Assembly (NCBI RefSeq): GCF_004010195.1
Contig: NC_057718.1
Location: 57,921,375 to 57,985,374, forward strand
Reading direction: 5' to 3'
Length of the DNA: 64,000 nucleotides
Origin: Chiloscyllium plagiosum
Taxonomy: Eukaryota
A program made the translations under genes and the position numbers. The notes under the pieces are model-generated. The model did not search any database. It was not told the origin of the DNA and saw nothing but the letters and a program-made list of their open reading frames with translations. Positions within the stretch are counted from its first letter, which is position 1. Each line of letters opens with the position of its first letter. This document shows positions 12,330 through 25,406 of the stretch, in pieces.

Positions 12330-13830
12330 CTTGCAGATCTCCTCAACTGAGTTAAATCCTTGATGTGAGTGCCTTTGACTGTATCCCACAGCTTGCTACA
12401 TGCCTCTATTCAGCATAACCCCAGCCTGCCATGAGGTCATCAGGGCAAACAGAATCCCACCAAAATACTGAAACATGGAGGAGGAATTCCCTTCGTATCA
12501 ATACATGACATCATTTCCCTTGTCTGGAAGGAAGAGAGCATGCCAGTGGATACCTGAGATGCTGTAAATGTGAACACCTTCAAGAAAGGAGATAAGACCA
12601 ATTGCAGAAACTGATACAGAGGGATATGCCTTCTGTCTGCCACAAGAAAGATCATTGTAAAATTCCTCCTCATTCACCTCTTCTCAGTGGCTAATGAGTG
12701 TCTACTGGAGTCACAATACAGGTTCTGTTCATCAAGAGGCACAATGGGATTATTCCTCCTGGCAAGGCAAGCTCAGCAAAATACAATGAATAGTAGAAAT
12801 CTTGGTACATGGCCTTCTTCAACCCTAAACAGTCTTTAACTCAGTCATTCTCAAATTTGGCCAACTATGGAAATTCATTCCCATCCTTTGCCAGTTGCAT
12901 GTCAACATGCAAGCTTTGAATTTCACCAATGGATCTACCATGGAGCCATTGGTGTGCAAACTGCAGTCAAGCAAGGCTTGTCATTGCACCACCTCATACC
13001 CATGAAGTGTGCCACTTCTTGTCTTCAGGGTCAGTGAGAAACTATTCATTTGACTTAGAATCCCTACAGTGTGGAAACAAGCCATTTGGCCCCAACAAGT
13101 CCACTCCGACCCTCCGAAGAGTAACCCAACAGGAACAATTTCCCTATCCTATTACTCTACATTTCCCCTGACTAATGCACCTAACCTACACATCCTTGAA
13201 CATTATGGACAATTTAGTTTGGTCAATTCACCTAACCTGCTCATCATTTGGTCTCCAGTTCAGCCACAATACTGTTCTAATACCTGTCATCATAATACAC
13301 AGAAAGAGTTTGTGTGTATGCACACTCAGAGGCTGTATTCCAAACCATGGCCAATGTATTGATGGGCCTACAAAAGAATAGGCCTTAGACTAAACATTCC
13401 CACAAGACGATGGTCCTCTCCCAGCCTGCTCCCATTGCACACCACTTATCCCGGCTATCAAAATTCACAGCAAGCCACTGGATTATGTGGCTCAATTCTC
13501 CTTTCAGTGACATGAGAGATTAGGGATTAAAGCCAACATCACTTCTGCTGTGCTGGGGAAACCTTTGGCCATTTGAGGATCAGAGCATTTGATGATTGAG
13601 AGCCCAGTACCAAGCTTGCATGGAAGCCAATTTCCATACCAATGTCGATGCATTCACACAGGTGTCTGGTGGAATGGGCTTTAGGTGAAGCTGTCATGTG
13701 ACACTGTCACTCAACTATCAAGATCCCCAGCAAATCTACTGCCAATGTGATAATTTCTCATACTCAGGGATCCTCCTCTCAATGAAAGCAGACATTGAGA
13801 ATGAAATCCAACATCACCACCAGATAACTG
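12330..13830 (+). mobile_element. Degenerate RTE-clade LINE (RT), interrupted by HE1 SINE
   Basis: Across frameshifts reads 'HDIISLVWKEESMP.D..DA...TFKKGDKTNC.N.YRGICLLSAT.KII' and later 'GLRLNI..KTMVLSQP', characteristic of RTE RT. Confidence 0.8.
13055..13245 (-). mobile_element. HE1-type V-SINE, 3' part
   Basis: 'tccctacagtgtggaaacaagcc...ccaacaagtccac...aattcacctaacctgc' matches the other HE1 copies. Confidence 0.85.
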
Positions 13831-14400
13831 TGCAACAACCACAAGATTGAAGAAAGACATTGAAAGGATAAAAAACCCGACTATGGAGAGATGATTTACT
13901 GATGATCAGAATCAATATTAACAGTCCTCAAGCCAAAGATGTGCCAATCTTCCAAATCCAGTGAGAACACATTCTTGAAGAATTGTGAAATGTTCAGACC
14001 ACCTGAATTTATGAAGGTAGTGTCGTGGGGAAAATTAAGTAGTGGGAAAATCAAAAGACGTTATATTCCTGAATTGTAACTGTGGAGGAAAAGGTTTGGG
14101 GGAAATATATTTTTTGATCTGCTATTGCCCAAGGCGACTTCTCTCATGTACTCTTCCAATTTTCATCGAATCAATAATGTAACTGCCTAGTGAACCACGT
14201 GGCAGAAAAAGGAGAAGTGCTTGCTGCTGCTGGGACTTTACAGCATTCACAATGCATTGCCAGGTTTGAATTTGACCTATGCTCCACTTCAAGTGCTGCA
14301 TGCCAGCAACTATTCTTCACACTATGCTCCTGCACCATTATCTCAATGGAAAAAGCCCGGGAAGGCTTGTCGATGGGTACCTGGGGTCACTGGTATGGGA

Positions 14401-15099
14401 GAAAGTGAGGACTGCAGATGCTGGAGATCAGAGNNNNNNNNNNNNNNNNNNNNNNNNNNNNNNNNNNNNNNNNNNNNNNNNNNNNNNNNNNNNNNNNNNN
14501 NNNNNNNNNNNNNNNNNNNNNNNNNNNNNNNNNNNNNNNNNNNNNNNNNNNNNNNNNNNNNNNNNNNNNNNNNNNNNNNNNNNNNNNNNNNNNNNNNNNN
14601 NNNNNNNNNNNNNNNNNNNNNNNNNNNNNNNNNNNNNNNNNNNNNNNNNNNNNNNNNNNNNNNNNNNNNNNNNNNNNNNNNNNNNNNNNNNNNNNNNNNN
14701 NNNNNNNNNNNNNNNNNNNNNNNNNNNNNNNNNNNNNNNNNNNNNNNNNNNNNNNNNNNNNNNNNNNNNNNNNNNNNNNNNNNNNNNNNNNNNNNNNNNN
14801 NNNNNNNNNNNNNNNNNNNNNNNNNNNNNNNNNNNNNNNNNNNNNNNNNNNNNNNNNNNNNNNNNNNNNNNNNNNNNNNNNNNNNNNNNNNNNNNNNNNN
14901 NNNNNNNNNNNNNNNNNNNNNNNNNNNNNNNNNNNNNNNNNNNNCCCCTCCCCCAAGTCCCTCCTCCCTACCTTTTATCTTAGCCTGCTTGGCACACTCT
15001 CCTCATTACTGAAGAAGGGCTCATGCCCAAAATGTCGATTCTCCTGCTCCTTGGATGCTGCATGACCTGCTGTGCTTTTCCAGCAACACATTTTCAGCT
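14401..15099. mobile_element. Penelope-like insertion (family A) spanning the assembly gap, inverted ends, with TSD
   Basis: Left end is the minus-strand pLTR ('gaaagtgaggactgcagatgctggagatcagag'); right end is the plus-strand pLTR with ctgaagaagggctcatgccc(a)aaa; tcactggtatggga is duplicated at 14387-14400 and 15103-15116. Confidence 0.85.
14434..14944. other. Assembly gap (N run)
   Basis: 511 consecutive n. Confidence 1.
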
Positions 15100-15109
15100 T
15101 CATCACTGG

Positions 15110-16677
15110 TATGGGACAAAGCTTCTCCATTAACAAGGTTAAGCTATCCTTGGTTTTTTTTAGAGATGTCATAAATGAGTAAGTTTGCAGATGACACCAA
15201 AATTGAAGGTGTAGTGGACAATGAAGAAGGTTACCTCAGATTACAACAGGATCTTTACCAGTTGGGCCAATGGACTGAGAACTGGCAGATGGAGTCTAAT
15301 TTCGATAAATGCAAGGTGCTGCATTTTGGGAAAGCAAGTCTTAGCAGGACTTATATACTTAATGGTGAGGTCCTAGGGAGTGTTGCTGAACAAAGAGACC
15401 TTGGAGTGCAGGTTCATAGCTCATTGAAAGTGGAGTCGCAGGTAGATAGGATAGTAAAGAAGGTGTTTGGTATGCTTTCTTTTATTGGTCAGAGTATTAA
15501 GTACAGGAGTTGAGAGGTCATGTTGTGGCTGTACAGGACATTGGTTAGGCCACTGTTAGAATATTGCGTGCAATTCTTGTCTCCTTCCTCTTGGAAAGAT
15601 GTTGAGAAAGTTGAAAGGGTTCAGAAAATATTTATAAGGATGTTGTCAGGGTTGGAGGATTTGAGCTATAAGGAGAGGCTGAACAGTCTGGGGCGGTTTT
15701 CCCTGGAGTGTCAGAGGCTGAGGGGTGACCTTATAGAGGTTTACAAAATCATGAGGGGCATGGATAGGATAAATAGACAAAGTCTTTTCGCTGGGGTCGG
15801 GGAGTCCAGAATTAGAGGGCATAGGTTTAGGGTGAGAGGGGAAAGATATAAAAGAGACCGAAGGGGCAACTTTTTCACGCAGAGGGTGGTACATGTATGG
15901 AATGAGCTACAAGAGGAAGTGATGCAGGCTGGTACAATTGCAACATTTAAAAGGCATGTGGATGGGTATATGAATAGGAAGGGTTTGGAGGGATATGGGG
16001 CGGGTGCTGGCAGTTGGGACTAGACTGGGTTGAGATATCTGGTCAGCATCGATGGATTGGACTGAAGGGTCTGTTTCCATGCTGTACATCTCTATGGGTC
16101 AGAGTCTCTATGACAGAGACTCTGAAAAGTCTGAGGTGAAGGGTTTTTGGGCCTGTTTGATAATAGCTAGCAGAAACTGCCTTAGGCAGAAGGCTCTCAA
16201 GTTAAAAAAAAACTTGTACAATGAAAGGGGTGTGGCCAGGTCTCCCGGCTCAGCTTCTGTCTGGTTTGGTTTGGTTTGGTTTGGTTTGAGCAGGTAGTGT
16301 AAAGAAAGGCTGGTGGACCCTAAATTAGCAGGTCCAGGCTGGGACTCTCTCTGTCTGACTTCTATCCTGTAAGACCTTGTGTTTGATTTTACCTTTTGTG
16401 CCAAGGAGTGTTTAAGGGGATTGTTGCAAGTATTTGGAACAGCATCGTTAAGTTGGGATGGTCTGTTGGGTTTTCGGAGAGGTTAAGTTCCTTGGTATTC
16501 TGTTTTCTGTTGTCTGTGTTTCATTCAGCAATCTTGTAAATAAATTCTGTTTTGTTTAAAACTAAGTGGTTTGACCAGCTGATTCTCTCCTGGAATATCC
16601 ACTCTACACCTGCTTAAAGCAATGAGCAAAGTTAGGGTCTGGGTTACTTTCTTGAGGGTCTGTCCTGGTCCATAACA
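15110..16677 (+). repeat. 5' LTR of element A (split by CR1 at 15179-16108)
   Basis: Homologous to 25407-26050; ends ...ccataaCA; contains (tggtt)n and AATAAA. Confidence 0.88.
15179..16108 (+). mobile_element. 5'-truncated CR1 (HER1-like) LINE
   Basis: 'SKFADDTKI...LYRTLVRPLLEYCVQF...RLRGDLIEVYKIM...FFTQRVV'; 3' tail 'gaagggtctgtttccatgctgtacatctctatg' resembles the HE1 SINE tail. Confidence 0.93.
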
Positions 16678-19600
16678 GATTGTGGTCCTTTTGCAGAATT
16701 TGTTCTGAAGTTCCAAATTGGTATTAGGATTGTTGGACTCAAAGACGGTGAGTGGTAGGTGTTAATGTCTTTCTTTCTGGGTGTTGATTTTGGTTAGATA
16801 AACAGTGCTTGGGATTGCAATGGCTCATTCAGTCACTAAGAGTTTTCTTGGGGTGGAAGAAGTGACTTTGGGGGTTTTACAAAAGGTGATTAAGGCCAAG
16901 CTGCTGGAATTAGCAGCCAAGCTGGGGTTGGAGCTGCTTCCTTCCATGGGAAAAGGAGAGATAATTACAGCAATAGCTCAGCATTTAAATTTGATGGAAA
17001 CACCATCAGAATCTTTAGAGACGGCCTAAAATTCAACTGCAAATGAAGCAACTCATGTGAGAGGCAAAAGACGAGGGATTATGATTAAAAACAGAGGAAA
17101 GAGAAAAGGTGAAAGAGGAAAGGAAATGAGATAGGGTTTGAACTTCAGAAATTGGCACATGGACAGGAGTTCAAAAATTCAATTTCTGAAGTCACAGGAA
17201 TGCATGTGGAAGAGTAGAGAGTTAAACAGTAAGATTAGCAGCTGAAATAGTTGGTGTTTATGAGTTGGTCCAAAAAGCAAAGTTTGGCTTCCAGAATCAA
17301 TTTCAATCCGTGAGGGATAGAGATTAAGGAAAAGAGAAATCCTCATGTGGAAAGGGAAAGGTAGATCTTGGTGAAGATCATAAGGATTACTTACCACAGG
17401 GTAAAAATGAAACTCTTGAAAGGGACAGGGAAGTTAAAAGGCTCCAGGGTTTTCACTGCAATAAGGTAGGCCACACGAAGTCACAGTGCTGGTGGGTTAG
17501 GAAAACCACTGGGAAGCCAGATGTAAGAAAGCAGGATATGCCAGTGAATTTTGTCAGTCTGGTAACAGAAAGTACAGTGAAGGCTAGAAAGCTGCACCAG
17601 AATGTGTAACCTGGTCGGAGGTTGGTTAAGGAGGAAGTGCCAGATCTCCTTAAACCATATACCTGCAAAGGTAAAGTTTGTTCACATAGACCAGGAGCAG
17701 CAAGTAAAGAGGTTATAATATTAAGAGACACAGGATCCTCTCAGTCTGTGATGCTGAAAGATGATGTACTCCTCAAGGACGATTGCCAGAAAAGGTACTA
17801 GTACTGGGAATTCACGGTGAGATAAGAAGTGCTCAATTATGTTAGAGTGTCCAGTGAAAAGTGGAGATATCATGGTAGGAGTACTAGACAAACTTTCAGC
17901 TCCAGGAGTACAGCTTGTCCTTGCTAATGATACAGCAGATTCACAGGTAGGAGTGCTGCCTATTATGGTTGAAAAGCCAGTGGAACCTCAGGTAGCTGAA
18001 CTACTGCAGGGCACGTATCCTGGGATTCTTCCTGACTGGTAATGAAGTCATGAAGTCACCAGTTGAAACAGGAGAGGTTAAAGAGTACAGATAAGAAAGT
18101 TGAAGTGGAATTAGCAGAGACCCTGTTTGATCAGATGGTTGGCACAAAACAGGAGGAGGTAGATGACAAAGCAGACATCTTTCACTGAGTTAAATTAACT
18201 GAGTTATAGCAGAAAGATGGACACTTAAAGCAATTGTACCTAAAGATATATACAGAAAAGAAACTGAATGTATCCCTGAATGTTATTATCTTAAAAATAA
18301 TGTCTTTGTGAGGAAATGGAGACCATCACATATTCAGGCAGATAAAGACGATCAGAAGGCCATCAAATCGCATTGCCAATGGGGTATAGAAAGGAGGTGC
18401 TGCAAGTGGTGCATGAGCTACCACTTGGGGGTCATTTAGAAATGAGAAAAACCCAAGCTAAAATACAAAAACATTTTTCCTGCCCTGGGCTGCACAAGGA
18501 TGTAGTTGAATGTTGCCAAATGTGTCATATCTGTCAGGTAATTGGAAAACCACAGGCAGTAATAAAGCCTGTACCTTTAGTACCTATTCCTGCCTTTGAA
18601 GAACCTTTTACAAGAGTCTTATTTGATTGCATAGGTCCCCTACCTCAAACAAAACGTATTTGTCGGTATTTGTACACAATAATGGATGTGTTGACTAGAT
18701 TTCCAGAGGCCATTCCATTACACAGTATCACAGCTAAACGTATTGTAGAGGAATTACTCAAATGTTTCACTAGATACAGATACCAACAGAGATACAATCG
18801 TATCAAGGATCAAACTTCACATTAAAATCATTCAAGTGAGTTATGGACAGTTTATAAGTAAAATAATTTAAATCTGCTGTGTACCATCCAGAATCACAGG
18901 GACTGCTACAAAGGTGGCATCAGACATTAAAGACCATGTTAAGGGCTGATAATCAAGACTATCCAGATGATTGGGATAAGGGAATTCTATTTGTACTTTT
19001 TGAAATCAGAGATGTACCAAATGAATTGACCAAATTCAGTCCATTTAAATTAGTTTTTGGGCATGAAGTGAGAGGACCGTTAAAACTGATTAAGGAGAAA
19101 TTAGTAAGTCAGAATTCAGAGACCACATATTTGGACTATGTGTCAAATTTTAGGAATGATTAAATAGACCTGGGGAGTTGGCTAGACAGCATCTAAAAGT
19201 ATCGCAGAATACAATGAAACAGGAAGCAGACAAGGAATCAACAATTCGCAATTTTGCTATTGGGGATAAGGTATTAGTGTTACTTCCATTGATAGGTGAA
19301 CCTTAAAAAGCAAGGTTTAGTGTACCTTATCAAATAGAAAGGAAATTGAGTGAGGTGAACTCCAGACAGAAAGACATCTCACAGAGTCATGTGAATATAC
19401 TCAAAAGGTATTTTGGTAGGGAAGGAAAGTAGGAGGAGAAGATGTTAATGATTACAGCATAGAGGAAAGAACCAAATTCAGAGGATTCTGAATTGAACAT
19501 TCCTCAAATTAAATGGACAATGAGGAAGTTGTCAAAAATTGAGATAAATTATTGAGTTACCTTCCGGAGGAAAGTTGAAATGACCTGACAGAGTTATTAC

Positions 19601-20260
19601 TCTCACATAGGGAGATAAGAGGAAATAAGCTGGGAAGTACTAACCTACTTATGCATAATGTAGATATAGGAAATGCTGTTCTGAACACAACATCCTTATA
19701 GGCATATCCCTTTAAAGTTGGCGCAGGTTCAAAAGAACATTGAACACATGCTCCAAGTTGACATAATAAAAGTGAGTTACAGTGACAGGAGCTCACCCGT
19801 ACTAATAGTGCCAAAACCAGATAGTACCGAACAGTTACTATTGTGTGGACTCTCACAAAGTCAATGCAGTTACAAAGACTGATGCATATCCGATTCTGCA
19901 TTTGGAAGACTGTGTTGAGAAGGTGGGACAATAACTTATATTTTTAATTTGCACATGCTCAGAGGATACTGGCAAGTACTTTTGTCAGAAACAGCAAAGG
20001 CAATTTTGGCTTTCGTAACGCCAAATGGATTGTATCAGTTTGAAGTCATGCCATTTGGCATGAAAAATGTGCCAGCCGCATTTCAGAGACTAACCTATAA
20101 GGCCATTGCTGTATTACCCAACTGTGTCGTATATTTCGATGACTTGGTGATTTTTAGTCACATGTGGAAGGAACATTTGCATCATTTATCAGGCTTGTTC
20201 AATCGAATTTGAGAAGTAGGCTTCGTGATAAACCCTGGCTAAAATAGAATTTGCCAAAGC

Positions 20261-23200
20261 TAATCCAAGATGGAGGACAGGAAACATTTCAGGCTATAAC
20301 AGGCTGCTCCTTTTTTGAGGTATTTTAGGTGTTGGAGATGATTTCCTCCAATTCCAGAAACAGCAATTACTGTTTTATATGCAGTTGCATTGCTTTGGGA
20401 ACTTTGGAGGAGAAAATAGTCAAAACAACGGCACTTTTAAAAGGGAAAGAACAGATGAAGGCAGCACATTGTCAGGTCAGTGCAGGGGAGAGAGAGAGAG
20501 AGAGAGAAAGAAGCCCACACTGCTAACTGACACACTGGTGAACCTGCACAGTTACTACATTTGCTGTTGAATTCATATATTACTAGACATTGGAGTGCAT
20601 CTGGGAAAATTAACAAACAGTGAAATTCACAACTGATCTTGGAGGAACCTGTTTGTGAGAAGTCACAGCACAGAAACAGATAAGTAAATATTTTTAAGTG
20701 TGGCCTTACAGTAAGTCTGCAGTATTGAGTAGATTGTGCTTTCTTGATTATATGTTTTGTTGATATATGTCTCTTTATCAAACTTAAAAATATAAGCCAT
20801 AAGTATTAAGTTACCCTGGAGCAGTATTTTGTAAAGGAATAAGATGGTGCTATTTTCTGGGTCTGCAGATTGGAAGAAGCAAAAATGGCCTTGAGTAGAG
20901 TGATTTGCTCTTCTTGCTGGATGTGGGAGATTAGGGAGAGCTTACGTGTTACTGAGGATTATATCTGCAATAAATGCCATTGGTTGTGAATCCTATCAGA
21001 TTGAATGGATCGGTTGGAGTGATAGTTAGAGGCAAGGAGGAATTTACAAGAGCAAGGGGGTGTGATGGAAGGCAGTCGTAAGAAGGGAAAAAGTCACAGA
21101 TACAGTCACATAGATGAGTTAACTCCAGGAAAAGTAAGAGAGGTAGGTAGGTAGTGCAGAGGTCTTCTGTGGTTATCCCCATTTCAAACAAGTATGCTGT
21201 TTTGGAAAATGTAGGAGGTGATGGATTCTCAGGAGAATGTAGCATGAACAGCCAAGTTTCTGGTATTGACACTGGCTCTAATGCAATGAATGTATGTCAG
21301 GTTCCAAAAGATCGATTGTGTTAGGGGACTCTCTAGTCCGAGGCACAGACAGACGTTTCTGTGGCCAGCAGTGAAAAGTCAGAATGGTGTGTTGCCTCCC
21401 TGGTGCCAGAATCAAGGATGTCTCGGAGAGGGTGCAGAATGTTATCAAGGGGGAGAGGGCCCAGCAGGAGGTCATTATACACATTGGAACCAATGATATA
21501 GGAAGGGAAAAGGATGAGATTCTGAAGGGAGGGTACAAGAAGGAGGGTTGCACCTGAATTGGAAGGGTACTAATCCACTGGCAGGGAGATTTGCTAGAGC
21601 TACTCGGGAGAGTTAAACTAGTAAGGTGGGGTGTGGGACCCAGGGAGATAGGAAGGAAAGAGATCAATCTGATACTGGTACAATTGAGAAAAGAAGTGAG
21701 TCAGTCAGGGCAGGCAGGGACAAAGAAGAGAACCAGGTAGGCTTGATAAATTAAACTGTATTTATTTCAATGTAAGGGAGCTAACAGGGAAGGCGGATGA
21801 ACTCAGGGCATGGTAAGGAACATGGGACTGGGATATCATAGCAATTACAGAAACATGGCTCAGGGATGGACTGGACTGGCAGTTTAATGTTCCAGGATAC
21901 AAATGCTACAGGAAGGACAGAAAAGGAGGCAAGAGAGGAGGGGGAGTGGCGTTTTTGATTCGGGATAGCATTACAGCTACTGAGGGAGGATATTCCCAGA
22001 AATACATCCAGGAAAGTTATTTGGGTGGAACTGAGAAATAAGAAAGGGATGGTCGCCTTAGTGGGATTGTATTATTGACCCCCTATTAATTAGCGGGAAA
22101 CTGAGAAACAAACTTGTAAGGATATCTCAGTTGTCTGTAAGAATAATAGGGTGGTTATGGTAGGAGATTTTAACTTTCTAAACATAGACTGGGCCTGCCA
22201 TAATGTTAAGTGTTTAGATGGAGAGGAAATTGTTAAGCATGTACAAGAACATTTTCTGATTCAGTATGTGGATGGACCTACTAGAGAAGCTGCAAAACTT
22301 GACTTACTTTTGGGAAATAAAGCAGGGCAGGTGACAGGTGTCAGTGGGGGAGCACTTGGGGTCAGTGACCATAAATAGTGATGGAAAAGGTTCTAAACGT
22401 AGAAGTTCTAAATTGGAGAAAGACTAATTTTGATGGTATTAGGCAAAGACGTTCAAAAACTGATTGGGGGGCAGATGTTCGCAGGTAAAGGGATGGCTGA
22501 AAAATGGGAACGTTTCAGAAATGAGATAATGAGAGTCCAGAGACAGGATATTCCTGTTAGGGTGAAAGGACAGGCTGGTAGGTATAGGGAATGCTGGATG
22601 ACTAAAGAAATTGTGGGTTTGGTTAAGAAAAAGAAGGAAGCATATGTCAGGTATAGACAGGATAGATCGAGTGAATCCTTAGAAGAGTATAAAGAAAATA
22701 GGAGTATACTTAAGAGGTAAATCAGGAGGGTAAAAAGGGGACACGAGATAGCTTTGGCAAATAGAGTTAAGGGGAATCCAAAGGGTTTTTACAAATACAT
22801 TAAGGATAAAAAGGTAACTAGGGAGAGAAAGATCAGCAAGTCGACCTTTGTGTGGAGCTGCAGGATATGGGGATATACTAACTGAATATTTTGCATCAGT
22901 GTTTACTGTGAAAAAGGACATGGAATGTATAGAATGTCAGGAAATAAATGGTGACATCTTGAAAAATGTTCCTATTACAGAGGAAGAAGTGCTGGATGTC
23001 TTGAATTGGGTAAAGGTGGATAAGTCCCCAGGACCTAATCAGGTGTACCCTAGAACTCTGTGGGAAATGAGGGAAGTGATTGCTGGGCCTCTTGCTGAGA
23101 TATTTGTATCATCGGTAGTCACAGGTGAGGTGCCAGAAGACTGGAGGGTGGCTAACATGGTGCCACTATTGAAGAAAGGTGGTAAGGACAAGTCAGGGAA

Positions 23201-24590
23201 CTATAGACCTGTGAGCCTGACCCTGGTGGGCAAGTTGTTGGAGGGAATCCTGGGAGACAGGATGTACATGTATTTGGAAAGGCAAGGACTGATTTGGGAT
23301 AGTCAACATGGCTTAGTGCGTGGGAAATCATGTCTCACAAACTTGATTGAATTTTTGGAAGAAGTAACAAAGAAGATTGATGAGGGCAGAGCAGTAGATG
23401 TGATCTATATGGACTTCAGTAAGGTGTTTGACAAGGTTCCCCATGGGAGACTGGTTAGCAAGGTTAGATCTCATGAAATACAGAGAGAACTCACCATTTG
23501 GATACAGAACTGGCTTAAAGGTAGAAGACAGAGAGTGGTGGTGCAGGGTTGTTTTTCAGACTGGAGGCCTGTGACCAGTGGAGTGCCACAAGGATCGGTG
23601 CTGGATCCACTGCTTTTTTTCATTTATATAAATGATTTGGATGTGAGCATAAATGGTACAGTTAGTAAATTTGCAGATGACATCAAAATTGGAGGTGTAG
23701 TGGACAGTAAAGAAGGTTACCTCAGATTACAATAGGATCTTGATCAGATAGGCCAATGGGCTGAGGAGTTTAATTTTGATAAATGCAAGGTGCTGTATTT
23801 TGGGAAAGGAAATCTTAGCAGGAATTATACACTTAATGGTAAGGTCCTAGGGAGAGTTGCTGAACAAAGAGACCTTGGAGTGTAGGTTCATAGCTCCTTG
23901 AAAGTGGAGACACAAGTAGATAGAAGAGTGAAGAAGGCGTTTGTTATGCTTTCCTTTATTGGTCAGAGTATTGAGTACAGGAGTTGGTAGGTCATGTTGT
24001 GGCTGTACAGGACATTGGTTAGGCCACTGTTGGAATATTGAGTGCAATTCTTGTCTCCTTCCCATCGGAAGGGTGTTGTGAAATTTGAAAAGGTTCAGAA
24101 AAGATTTATAAGGATATTGCCAGGGTTGGAGGATTTAAGCTATAAGGAGAGGCTGAACAGGATAAGGCTGTTTTCTCTGGAGTATCAGAGGCTGAGAAGT
24201 GGCCTCATAGAGGTTTATAAAACCATGAGGGGCATGGATAGGATAAATAGACAAGGTTTTTTTCCCTTTGGGGGCAGTGGGGGGGGGGGGGGGGTCCAGA
24301 ACTAGAGAGCATAGGTTTAGGGTGAGAGGGGAAAGATATAAAAGAGAGCTAAGGGGCAATTTTTTCACGCAGAGGGTGGTACGTGTATGGAATGAGCTGC
24401 CAGAGGAAGTGAGGGAGGCTGGTACAATTGCAACATTTAAAAGGCATCTGGATGGGTATATAAATAGGAAGGACTGAGAGGGATAAGGGCCGGGTGTTGG
24501 CAGATCGGATTGATTGGGTTGGGATATCTGCTCTGCATGGACGAGTTAGACCAAAGGGTTTATTTCCGTGCTGTATATCTCTATGACTCT
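20261..24590 (+). mobile_element. Full-length CR1 (HER1-like) LINE, disabled, inserted in the RT of Gypsy A
   Basis: 5' end taatccaagatggag; ORF1 from about 20885 with CxxC..CxxC and SGNH esterase motifs (GDSLVRG, LPGARIKD, HIGTND); ORF2 EN 'GDFN' and RT ORF 22848-23735 (GVPQGSVL, FADD); tail ctatgactct; the Gypsy 'EFAKA/VTFL' sequence resumes at 24591. Confidence 0.95.
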
Positions 24591-25406
24591 CAGTCACCTT
24601 CCTGGTCCATGTTATTGGACAAGGACAAATGGCCCCATGGAATGCAAGAAATAAGGTAATGAGGGAATTTCCCATACCATTGACAAAAAGAGCAGTACTA
24701 CATATTGTGGGATTGTGTGGATTTTATTGAAAATTTGCATCAACTTTTAGCAGTGGGTGGCTCCACTCACTGAATTGCTGAAGAAAGGCTGGAAGTTTCA
24801 GTGACAGAGGACTGTCAGCCTGAAAGCTGTGTTAACCACTGCCCCAACACTGCCACACCTAATTACGCAAAGCTATTCAAGGTGGCTATTGATACAAGTG
24901 ATGTGGGTGTCAGTGCTGTGCTTTTGCAAGAAGATGACAGGAGATATTTCTCCAAGAAGTTGAAAGTTCATCAGCAGAAATATTCAATCTTTGAGAAGGA
25001 GACTTTGAGCTTGGTGTTGGCGTTACAACAATTCAGTGTTTCTGTTAGCAGTAATGTATCTGAGACAATCATATACACTGATCATAACCCATTGAAATTT
25101 GTGGAGAAATTTAAGGACAAAAAAGGTAGATTGTTTATATGCGGCTTGTTGTTACAGCCATTCAATTTGAAAATTGTGCATGTGACAGGACGAGAAAACG
25201 TGATTGCCGACGCATTGTTGAGACTTGAATGAGAAACAGAGGTGTTCGTTGGCAGGAGTACAACAGACTGAAACGGAATGTAGTTGCGCATGTTTGCACA
25301 TTTATAGTCAATGTAACGTCTATGTGTGTTTTAGAGTACTAACAAATGTTTTAAAATGAAGCCATCTTTGAATGTTGATGGTTCATTGTGTTTGAAGGGG
25401 GGAGGT

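Noticed and set aside
14221..15065. Long ORFs of 189-263 aa in the ORF track
   Set aside because: Artefacts of the N gap translated as X.
16678..16702. Primer-binding site of Gypsy A
   Set aside because: Too degenerate to assign a tRNA.
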